Assembly: GCA_965205795.1 (NCBI GenBank) | Contig: OZ242177.1 | Span: 2,440,424-2,504,423 of the forward strand | DNA: 64,000 nucleotides | From: Nitrospirales bacterium | Lineage (GTDB): Bacteria > Nitrospirota > Nitrospiria > Nitrospirales > UBA8639 | Direction: 5' to 3' | In this document: one piece after another, positions 25,301 to 37,300 of the stretch | How the letters are laid out: every line of letters starts with the position of its first letter | Position numbering within the stretch: the stretch's first letter is position 1 | Notes under the pieces: generated by a model | What the model was told of the DNA's origin: nothing | Seen by the model: the letters and a program-made list of their open reading frames with translations, nothing else | The model's database searches: none | Program-made: the position numbers and the translations under genes

Positions 25301-28300
25301 CCTACACCGTGGGCACCGACGTTGGCACCGTCACATTGCCGGCAGCCACCGGCGGCAACGGCGAATTGGCCTATACCCTCAGTCCGGCCCTGCCCAGCGG
25401 CCTGGTCTATACCGCCGCCGCGCGCACCATCAGCGGCACCCCGGCACAAGGCACCGAGCAGGCCGCCACCCCCTACACCTACACCGTGGGCGACCGCGAC
25501 GGCAGCAGTGTGGCCCTTGGCTTCACCCTCCGCATCACCCCGGCGGTCATGACCGGCGCGGTGACGGAAGACGACCCCGCCGCCACCACCGCGAGCGGCC
25601 GGTTGACCCTGCCCGGCGGCTTTGCTCCCCAGACCGACGCGGTGGGCGCCTACGGCACCTTTGCTCTGGCTGACACCGGCGCCTGGACCTACACGCTGGA
25701 CAACAACGATGTCGACACCGACGCGCTGGCCGCCGGCGACACGATGACCGATGTCTTGACCGCAGTCTCCACCGCCGACAGCACGGTGACGCGCCAGGTC
25801 ACCATCACCGTCACCGGCGCCGATGACCCGGCGGAGATCAGCGGCACGACCACCGGCGGCGTCACCGAAAACGATGCCACCACCACCGCCAGCGGCATGC
25901 TGACAATCATTGACCCGGACAGTGCCACCACCTTCACGTCGCTTGACGAAGCATCCGGCACCTACGGCGCCTTCAGGCTGGCCGCGAGCGGCGCGTGGAC
26001 CTACACCCTGGACAACAGGGATGTGGACACCAACGCGCTGGCCGTGGACAGCGAGGGCACCGACGTGTTCACCGTGGTGACGAGCGACGCCACCACGGCA
26101 CTCGTGACCCTCACCATCACCGGCGCCAACGACGCGCCGACCGCCGCGGCCGGCGTCGACCAGACCGTCACCGAAGGCGACCAGGTCGCGCTGAGCGGCA
26201 CGGGCACCGACCCGGATACCGGGGATCTCCTGACCTATGCGTGGACGCAGACCGGCGACACAGCCGAGCCCGCAGTCGCGCTGACCAATGCCAACACCGC
26301 CCGCGCCACCTTCACTGCGCCGCAATTACCCGCGCCCGTGACGCTGACGTTCGTGCTGACCGTCACCGACCCGCAGACCGCTTTCCACACCGACACGGTG
26401 CTGGTCACCGTGAATGCGCAGAACGCCCCGGCCGCCATCAGCGGGATGTTCACCGGCAGCATCACCGAAAACGCGGCCCCGAACACGGTCACCGGCATGC
26501 TGACGGTCATGGATGAGGATGGCGACGACGACTTCAGCGCCGGGGTGATCTCCAGCATCTCCGACCCCGACCCCGCCCCGCTGGCCGACACCGGCGCCGG
26601 GTCGGTCTCCGGCGTCTACGGCAGCTTCACGCTGGCCGTCACCGGCGCGTGGACCTATACGTTGGACAACGGCAACTCCAACACCGACGGGCTGATTGAG
26701 GACGCCACCATCACCGAGACGTTCCGGGTACAGACGGCCGACGGCACCGCGGAGACGGTCGTGCTCACCGTCACCGGCGTCAATGACGCGCCGACCGCCA
26801 TTGCCGGCGCCGCGCGCAACGTGTCCGAAGCCAGCCAGGTAACCCTGACCGGTCGCGGCGAAGACCCGGATGCCGGCGACACCCTGACGTATGCGTGGAC
26901 GCAGGTCGGCGGCACCCCCACGGTCACCCTCGCCGCCGCCGCCACCACCCGCGCCAGCTTCATCACGCCGCAGTTGACCGCGTCGACCGCCCTGGTGTTT
27001 GCGCTGACCGTGACCGACTCGTTGGGGGCCACGGGCATCGACACCGTGGTGCTCACCGTCCAGGCCGACAACGACCCGGCGGTGGTCACCGGCGTGCGCA
27101 CCGGCATCGTCACCGAAAACGCGGCCCCGGACGAGAGCGCCGCCACCGGCCAGCTGACCGCGACCGATCCGGACAGCCTTGACACGTTCCAGATGCAGAC
27201 GGACATCCCCGGCACCTACGGCACGTTCCGTGTGACGATGCAGGGCGCGTGGACCTACAGGCTGGACAATGCGCTCGCGGCCACCAATGCGCTGGCAGCG
27301 AACCGGCCCTCGGTGCAAGACCGCTTTGAGGTGCAGACCGCGGACGGCACCGCAGACGCGGTGGTCATCACCGTCCTCGGCGCCAATGACGGGCCGACCG
27401 CCATGGTCGTCGGCGACGACCAGGACGTTAACGAGGGTGCCGCGGTCACGCTGACCGGCACCGGCACCGACCCGGACACCGACGACGTGCTGACCTATCG
27501 GTGGGCGCAGACCGGTGGCACGCCCCGGATTGCGCTGACTGGCGCGAACACCGCCAGCGTCAGCTTCACCGCGCCGCCGTTAGCCGCGGACGCGCCCTTT
27601 GTGTTCACGCTGACCGTCACCGACTCGGCGCTCGCCACCGCCACCGACACGGTGACCGTGACCATCCGGGCGGATGATGACGCGGCGACCATCACCGGCG
27701 ATCTCACCGGGGCGGTCACCGAAGACGCGGATACGGACACCGTCATCGGCCAGTTGACCGCGGACGACCCGGATGGCGACAACCGCTTCCGGCCCCAGCG
27801 CGCCCTCGGCACCGCCGGCCAGTACGGCACCTTCAGGCTGACCGCGACCGGGGTGTGGACCTACATGCTGGACAACCGCGCGGACGTCACCAACGCCCTG
27901 GCCGAGGGGGCCAGCGTCACCGACACCTTCATGGTCGCCGCCAGCGACGGCACCTCGGACGCAGTGGTGATCACCGTCCTCGGCGCCAATGACGCGCCGA
28001 CCGCCACGGCTGGCGCGTCGCGGACTGTGCCCGAAGCCGCGCAGGTGACCCTGGTGGCCACCGCGACGGACCCGGATAGCGGGGATCTCCTGACCTATGC
28101 GTGGACGCAGCTCGCCGGCACGCCGGAGCAGATGCTGGACGGCGCCGACACCGCCAATGCCCGCTTCACCACGCCCCAGCTTGAGGACACCACCGCCTTC
28201 ACATTCACGCTGACGGTCACCGACCGGGCGCGCGCCCAGGCCACCGACCGGGTCATCATCACCGTGGATGCGGACAACGACGCGGCCACGATCACCGGCA

Positions 28301-31300
28301 CCCCCACCGGCGCCGTCACCGAAGCCGGCATTGAAGCCGGCACCGAGACCGCAGGCGTGCCGACGACCACCGGCACGTTGACCGTGACCGACCCGGATGG
28401 CGACGACCGCTTCCAGCCCCAGCCCGCCCCCGGCACCGCAGGCCGCTACGGCGCCTTGAGCCTGACCGAGAACGGGGTTTGGAGCTATACCCTGAGCAAT
28501 GCGGATAGTGCCACCAACGCCCTGCTCGCGGACGCCATCGTCACCGACACCTTCCCGGTGGCCGCCAGTGACGGCACCGAGGTGTTGGTGGCGATCACGG
28601 TCACCGGCGCCAATGACGCGCCGACCGCGAACGCCGGGGCGGATCAGGCCGACATTCCTGAAGGGCAACGGGTGTTCCTGTCTGGCAGCGGGAGCGACCC
28701 GGACACCGGCGATGCGGCGGCCCTGACGTATGTCTGGACGCAGACCGGCGGCACGCCCACCGTCACGTTCACCCCCTCCGGGCCGTCCAGAGTCGTCCGC
28801 TTCACCGCGCCGCAGTTGCTCGCAGGGACGACCCTGATGTTTGAGCTGACCGTGACCGACCCGCAGGGCGCCGTGGACCGTGATCAGGTGCAGGTCACCA
28901 TTGAGGCGGACAATGACCCGGCGACCATCACTGGCCAGCGCACCGGAGCAGTCACCGAAGACGCGGAGCCCACCGTCACCGGCCAGCTGACCGTGACCGA
29001 CCCGGATGGCGCCGACCGCTTTGCGGCGGTGGCGGATCCCGGCCTCGTCGGCATCTACGGCACCTTCACCCTGACCGCCGAAGGCGCGTGGACCTACACC
29101 CTGGACAATGATGACCCGGACACCGATGCTCTGGCCGCGAATGCCCGCGTCACCGACACGTTCACCGTGCGGCCTGAGGACCCGGGTGACTCCGCCGAGG
29201 TCACCATCACCATCCTCGGCGCCAATGATCCGGCGGTCGCGATCACCGGCACGACCACCGGCGCCGTGACCGCCGTGCCCGCAGCCACGGCGCCCACCCT
29301 CGCCACCGGCACGCTGGTGGTGGATGATCCGGACGGCCCCGGCACCGTCCAGGCGCGGGAGACCCCCGGCGCCTACGGCGTCTTCCGCGTGACCGCGCAA
29401 GGGGTCTGGACCTACACCCTGACCAACGCGGACCGGGACACCATCGCCCTGGCCGCGGGTGACACCGCGACCGACGAGTTCACCGTGACCGCGGACGACG
29501 GCATCACGACGACCGTCACCATCACCGTCACCGGCGCGGATGACCCGGTGACGATCACCGGCACGACCACCGGCGCCGTGACCGAAGGCCGGGGGCCGTT
29601 CAGCGGCACATTGACCGCGACCGACCCGGACAGCCCGGCGTCCCCCGTCCCGTTCCAGGCATTGACCACCCCCGGCCTCTACGGCACCTTCAGCGTGACC
29701 GAAGGCGGGGTCTGGCGCTACACGCTGGACAATGAGAATGCGGCCACCAACGCCCTGGCCGCGGACGCCACCGAGACCGAGAGTTTCACCGTGACCGCGG
29801 ACGGCGTCACGACCACCGTCACCATCACCGTCACCGGCGCCGATGACCCGTCCACCATTGGTGGCGATCTCACCGGCGCCGTCACCGACAACGCGCCGAC
29901 GACCACCGACAGCGGCACGCTGACCGCGATCGACCTGGACGAGATAGAGACCCCCATCGAATTCGTCCCCATCACGTTCACGCTGCCGACGAGTGCCGGT
30001 GGCCCCTACGGCGGTGCCGGTGCCGGCATCTACGGCGGCCTGGAGCTGGCCGCGACCGGCGAGTGGACCTACACCCTGAACCTGGACGATGCGGACACCA
30101 TCGCCCTGGCCGCGGGCGTCACCGCCACCGACGCGTTCACTGTCATGGCGACGAATGCCGGCGTTGACGATGCCGTGCTCACCATCACCATCACCGGCGC
30201 CGACGACCCGGTGGTCTTCAGCGGGTTCACCGGCAGTACGACAGAAGACGAGTTCATCGGCGGATTCAACGAGCTCAGCGGCTTCTTGAGTGCGACGGAC
30301 CCGGACGCCCCCGGATTGCGCTACACCTTCCGCCTCGCGCCCGGCGACTTCCAGGGCACCTACGGCACCTTCACCCTCAACGCCGGTGGCCTCCCCCGCT
30401 GGCGCTACCGGCTGGACAATACTGACGCGGACACCAACGCCCTGGCCGCAGGTGCCACCGTCACCGACACGTTCAGCGTGATGGTCGCCGATGAAGACGG
30501 CAACGACATCACCGATGTGACGCCAGCCGTCACCATCACCGTCACCGGCGCCAATGACGCGCCGACCGCCGAGGCGGGCGACGACCAGACCGTGCCCCGG
30601 GGCGCCATGGTGGCGCTGATTGGCCGCGGCACCGACCCGGACACCGGCGATGCGGCGATGCTGACCTATGCGTGGACGCAGACCGCCGGCACGCCGACCG
30701 TCACGCTCACCCCCGGAGCGGGCGACACCACGGTCACCTTTATCGCGGACCCGGTCACCGCGGACACGACCGTGACGTTCACGCTGACCGTGACTGACCG
30801 GCAGGGCGCCATGGACACCGACACCGTGACAGTCGCCATTGATGCGGGCAGCATGGCCTCCACCATCACCGGCGACCTGACCGGCACCGTCACCGAAGAC
30901 GCGGAGCCGAACACCGCCACCGGCATGCTGACCGCGACGGCCGGGGACAACACCGTGCGCAATTTCGTGGCACAGACCGTGCCGGGCACCTACGGCACCT
31001 TCATGCTGACCGCGACCAATAGCTGGACCTACACGCTGGACAACACACCGGGCAGCGCCACCGACGCCCTGCCGATGGACAGCGCACGCATTGAGCAATT
31101 CCCGGTGGCGGCCATCGACAGCAGCACGGCGCTGGTGACCATCACGGTCAACGGCGCCAATGACGCGCCGACCGCCGATGCCGGCGACGCCGTCAGCGTG
31201 AACGAAGGCGATCCGGTCACGCTGGACGGCAGCGGCTCCAGCGACCCGGATAGCGGTGAGGGAACGGCCCTGACCTATCAGTGGACGCCGGTTGCCGGCA

Positions 31301-34300
31301 CGCCGACCGTCACGCTCACCGATGCCGAGACCGCCACGCCCAGCTTCACCGCGCCCGCAGTAGACGAGGACGCGAGACTGACATTCATACTGACGGTCAC
31401 CGACCCGCAGCGCGTCACGGACACCGCCACGGTGGCCGTCACCGTGCGTGCGCTGCCGGTCATCTCCATCGCCGCCGTGACATCCCCGGTGACCGAGGGG
31501 ACGGCGGCGACCTTCACGCTGACGGCGAGCTCTGCACCGGTGGCAGACCTGACGGTCAGTGTGACGGTCACCGACCCGGGCAACTTCATTGCCGGGCCGG
31601 CGCCGACGATGGTGACGATTGCCGCCAGCGCAACGACGGCCACGCTGACCGTGCCGACCACAGCTGACACCGCCGACGAGGCCAACGACACGATAACGGT
31701 GGAGGTGGCGCCGAACGCCGGCTACACGGTTGGCGACCCGGCCACAGCCAGTGTCAGGATAGACGACGACGACGACGTGCCGACGCTGGCGATTAGCTCG
31801 TCAGAGCCACCGGCAGTGGAGGAGGGCGACGACAGCGAGAGCGAGTCGCCGGCGCGATTGCTCTACACGGTGACGCTGACCGGGGAGACGGAGCGGACGG
31901 TGACCGTGGAGTACGGCATGAGTGGCACGGCGACCGAGAACACCGACTACCGGGTGAACACGGGGGTCGGCCCCGTTGGCCGTCTGACGTTTGCGCCGGA
32001 CACGATGAGCCGGACGATTGAAGTGCTGGTAACGGGTGACACGATTGACGAGGATGACGAGACGGTCATCATCACGCTGTCAAACCCGGACAACGCAACG
32101 ATCACAACAGCCGCCGGCACGGGCACGGGTACGATTACCGACGATGACACCCTGAGCCTCTCGATCGTCGCCGTGACACCCTCGGTGACCGAAGGGACGG
32201 CGGCGACCTTCATGCTGACGACCGTGACGGCAGACCCTGCTCCGGCGACGGCGTTGACAGTCATGGTGTCCGTCACCGACTCAGGCAATTTCCTTGCCGG
32301 GCCGGTGCCGACGATGGTGACGATTGCCGTCGGCGAAACGACCGCCCTGCTGACGGTGGAGACCGATGACGACAGCATCGGCGAGGCGAACGGCATGATC
32401 ACGGCCACGGTGACCAACGGTATGGGCTATACAGTCGGCGACCCGGCCACCGCCGAAGTCACGATCACCGATAACGATGTCCCAACGCTGGCGATTGACT
32501 CGCCGAGTGTGCGGGAAGACGCAGCGGGATTGACCTACACGGTGACGCTGACCGGGGCGAGGGAGCAGACGGTGACGGTGGGCTACGCGGTGACAGATGG
32601 TACGGCGACCACGGCCGACTACACCGCCGTGTCCACCGCCGGCACACTGACGTTTACGCCGGGCACGCTGACACAGACGATTGAGGTGACGGTGACGGAT
32701 GACAGCATTGACGAGACCGACGAGACGGTCATCGTCACCCTGTCGACTCCGGTCAACGCGACGATCACCGCCGCCACCGGCACCGGCACGATTACCGACG
32801 ACGACGCGGCCCCCGTGGTCACCCTGGTGCTGACCCCGGCCACGATCGCCCAGAGCGGCGGCGTGAGCACCGTCACGGCCAGGCTGGACCAGGCCTCGTC
32901 CGCGTCAACCACGGTGACCGTCAGTGCGACCCCGGTCAGCCCGGCGGTTGCGGGTGATTACAACTTGAGTGACCCGTCGATGCTGACCATTGCCGCCGGG
33001 GCGACCAGCAGCACCGGGCTCGTCACCATCACCGCCGTGAATCGCGGTACCACGACTCCCCGGGAGGTGACGGTGTCGGCCATGGTCGTCAACGACAACG
33101 GCTTCACGGGGCCGGCTGACGAAACCCTGACCATCGCCGCCGCGGTGCCGGGGGATGATGACGGCCTGCGTTTCGCGGACGGGGCGGTGAATCTGTTCTA
33201 TCCGCTGAACATGCCGATCACCCCCACGACATTGCCGCGGGAGGCCACCGACGACGACGGGGCGCTGGCCTACACCCTGAGCCATTTGCACCTGTCCTTG
33301 AGCGAGTTGGGGCTGGCCTTTCACCCGGCCACCCGCACCCTGACCGGCACGCCGACCCTGGCCGGCGCCGGCTATGACGCGGATCAGTTCGGGTTTGAGT
33401 TTGGCTATACGGTGACCGACGAGGCCGGGCGCACGGCTGAGCTGGAAGTGTTCATCACCATCTGCGAAGTCGGTGCGGTGCCGGCCGGCACCACCGAGTG
33501 CGCCCCGCCAGCCTATGTGGATCTGGCGTTTACCGCCACCGTGGAGGCGCAGAGCTATCCGGTCAACACGGCCATCTCCTCGCTGACCCTGCCGGATGCC
33601 ACCGGCGGCACTGGCGACAGCCCCCGCCTGATCTATGTCTTGTCCCCGCTGCCCGCCGGGCTGGCCTTTGACCCGGCCACCCGTATTCTGACCGGCACGC
33701 CGACCGACCCCGGCGTCACCGGGCTGACGTATGCCGTCACCGACGCTGCGAGCGACCGGAGCTTCGCGCAGGCCTTTACCGTGACAGTGACCGGGCCGAC
33801 GCTGGGCAGTCAGGGCGATCTGACCTACCCTGCGTCCATCGCGATCACCCCGGTGACCCTGCCATCAGCCACCGGCGGCGCCGCGCCGCTGGTCTACACC
33901 CTGACCGGGCCAAATGGCGAGTCGCTGGCGACCGCCGTGCCCGGGCTGGTCTTTGCCCCGGCCCCGGCCGACCGCATCCTGTCCGGCACGCCGACCGTGG
34001 CGGGCCTGACCACGCTGACCTACACGGTCACCGACAGCGCCACCCCGCCGGCCACCGACGTACAGACCTTTACCGTGACGGTGACCGGGGCGACGCTGGC
34101 CCGGCCGGCCGACATCACCACTCCGCCCGGCACGCCGTTCACCAGCGACTCGTTCCCGGAGCTCCTGAATGCCGCCGGGCCGATCACCTACACCGTGACC
34201 CGGCCGAACGGCCTCCTGTTGCCCACCGGCCTGACCTTTACCCCGACCACTCGCGTGCTGTCCGGCCAGGTGGCCGTGGGCGGTGTGACCATCCCGTTGG

Positions 34301-37300
34301 AATACAGCGCCACCTTCAGTGGCGGCAATCTCCGGCAGTCGTTTAACTTGCAGGTGACCGGGCCGAGGTTGCCGGTCGTCGACAACCAGCTCTACGTGGT
34401 GAACGTGGCCATTGAGCCGCTGACGCTGCCGCTGTCCCCCGGCGGCGGCACCGGCGCGGTGAGCTACGCCCTGACCGGGATGAACGCCGGGCCGGGCGCC
34501 GCCAACCTGCCCGCCGGCCTGACCTATGCGGCGGCCACCCGCGTCCTGTCCGGCACGCCGACCGAAACCGGCACCACCATTTTGGCCTACACCGCCACCG
34601 ACTCGGCCACGCCCCCGGCCGTCAGCACGCAGGTCTTTGGCGTCTCGGTGAACGCCATCCCGCTTGGGGATGGCCCGATTCTGCCGCTGATGATCCCGCT
34701 GACCTATACGCTCGACGAGCCGATTCCGCCGACGACGCTGCCGATGGCCCTGGCGCAGAAAGCCGATAGCACCACTGTTGGGCCGTTGACGTACACCCTG
34801 ACCGGGCCGGGTGGCGCCGCCCTGCCCGCCGGCCTGACCTATACGGCGGCCACCCGCGCACTATCCGGCACCCCGACCACCCTGGGCGTCACCCCGCTGA
34901 CCTACACGGTCACCGACCTTGACGATGACACCACCACCACGCGCATCTTCAACGTCGTGGTGATTGAGCCGGTGCCGGTGCCGGGCGTAACGTTGCCCAC
35001 GCCGGGCAATCAGCGCTATGTCCTTGACGAGGCGCTCACGCCTCCCGTGACCCTGCCGGCCTCTCCGGACTTCATCGGGACGCCCACCTACACCCTGACC
35101 GGGCCGGAAGGCGGGTTGCTGGCGACCGCCGTGCCGGGCCTCGTCTTTACCCCGGCCACCCGTGAGCTCTCCGGCACGCCGACCACCCTGGGCGTCACCC
35201 CGCTGACCTACACGGTCGCCGACGCCACCAGTGCCACTAGTGTGACCTTCGACGTGGCGGTCGTCAGAAACGGCCCCCTGACCCTGCCCACCCCGGCGGA
35301 TCAGCGCTACGGGCCCAACCAGGCGCTCATCCCTCCCGTGACGCTGCCGGCCGCCACCGACTTCACCGGCGCGACGGTCCGCTACACCCTGGCCGGGACG
35401 GACGCCCCCGCCCTGCCCACCGGCCTGACCTTTACTCCGGCCGACCGCGTGCTGTCCGGCAGGGCGCCTGACTTCGGCTTCAACTTCGTCAGTACCCTGG
35501 CCTACACCGCCACCGACGAGAACGGCTCCGTCACGGTGATGTTTGACTTCATCGTCGCCGGTGCCGGTGCGCCGGTCGCGACCGCGCCGTCCGCTCAGAG
35601 CTATACGGTCGGCAGACCGATCACCCCCCTGACGCTGGAGTCTGGCCCGTCGAATTCGGCGGTGACGACCTACACCCTGACCGGGCCGACCGCCGGGCCG
35701 GGCGACGCCGATTTGCCCGCCGGCCTGACCTTTACCCGTGCCACCCGCGTCCTGTCCGGCACGCCGACCACCGTGGCCGACGCCGTCACGCTGACCTACA
35801 CGGTCACCGACACCGTCATCACCGACACGGCGACCTTTGACGTCACCATCACCCCGGAGACGGCGCCGACCATCACCGCCATTGCGTTGACCTCGGACGC
35901 CGGCGACGGCGTCTATGCGCTTGGCGACGAGATTGAAGCGACCGTCACCTTCAGCGAGGCGGTCATCGTCACCGGCCAGCCGCGGCTGGCGCTGATCGTG
36001 GGCACGCAGACGCGCCAGGCGGTCTACGACAGTGGCAGCACGCCCCCGACCCCGACGCTGGTGTTCCGCTACACGGTGGCCGACAACGATCTTGACACTG
36101 ACGGCGTGAGCATCGGCCCCGATGCGCTGACCCACGTCGCCGGCAGCACGATTCGCGACGTGGCCGATACCGAAGAGGCGCGGCTCACGCATGCCATGGT
36201 GGCCGATGCCGCCGCACATACCGTTGACGGCATCGTCCCGACGGTGAGCACGGCCACCATCAACGGCGCTGCCCTGACGCTGACCTACACCGAGGCGCTC
36301 AACAACAACCCGCTGCCGGCGCCGACCGCCTACACGCTGACGCTGGAGTCGGGCGCCACTGCCCCGACGGTGAACCCCGGCGGCGTGGCGATATCATCCG
36401 ACAGGACGATGCTGACGCTGACGCTGAACGAGCCCGTGGCATCAAGCGACGTCGTGACACTGACCTACACCGTCGGCGCCAATCCGGTGCAGGATGAGGC
36501 GGGCAACGCTGCCGCCGGCTTCACTGACCTGACGGTGCCCAACGTCACGCCGCCGCCATCAGCCAGGGCGGTGCTGACCGGCACACTGACCGAAGACACC
36601 CTGAACGGCGCGACGGTGACGGTGACGCTGGAGAACACCGCATACGTGGGCACGCCGAGTACAGCCGACTTCAGCCTGACCACTGATGCGCCTGGGGTGA
36701 CGGTGAGCGGTGTCAGCCGCGACAGCGCCACCGCGGCCACGCTGACGCTGGCGTATGATGGCACGGACCTCACCACCGACGGCACGTTGTCCGTGACGGT
36801 ACTGGATTCCGGGCACACCGGCCTCGGCGTCCTGACCACCAACAGCGTGTCGATCACGGCCATCATTGACGACCTCACCGGCGCGGTCACGGAAGACGAC
36901 GATGACGCCAACACCGCCACCGGCCGGTTGTTCCTGCTCGGTGGCTTTGAGGCCCAGACCGGCGCCTCCGACCGCGCCAACGGGCAGGGCGCCTACGGCC
37001 GCTTCACCCTGACCGCCGCCGGGACGTGGACCTATACGCTGAATAACGACGACCCCGACACCAACGAGCTGGCCGCCGGCGTTACGGTCACCGACGTCTT
37101 CACCGCCGTCTCCGCCGCCGACACCAACGAGACGCAAGCCGTCACCATCACCGTCACCGGCGCCAATGATGCGCCCACAGCGAACGCCGGGCCGGACCAA
37201 CCCGCCGTACCTGTCGGCGCCACCGTCACGCTGGACGGCAGCGGCAGCAGCGACCCGGATACCGGTGATGCGATTGACACCTACACCTGGACGCAGATCG

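Larger units (their letters stand above)
21191..31461 (+). repeat. Copy B of the ~10.3-kb segmental duplication
   Basis: Offsets 19860 -> 19854 -> 19875 (a 6-nt deletion in copy B at ~21460, a 3-nt insertion at ~22318, a net +18 patch at 22621-22686). Matching ends after CTGCCGGTC. Confidence 0.9.

Noticed and set aside
1331-31461. Diversity-generating retroelement (template/variable region pair) as the source of the near-identical copies.
   Set aside because: The differences between copies that I inspected include G<->A, T<->G, C<->T and AG<->CG changes with no adenine-specific bias. No reverse-transcriptase ORF is present in the window.
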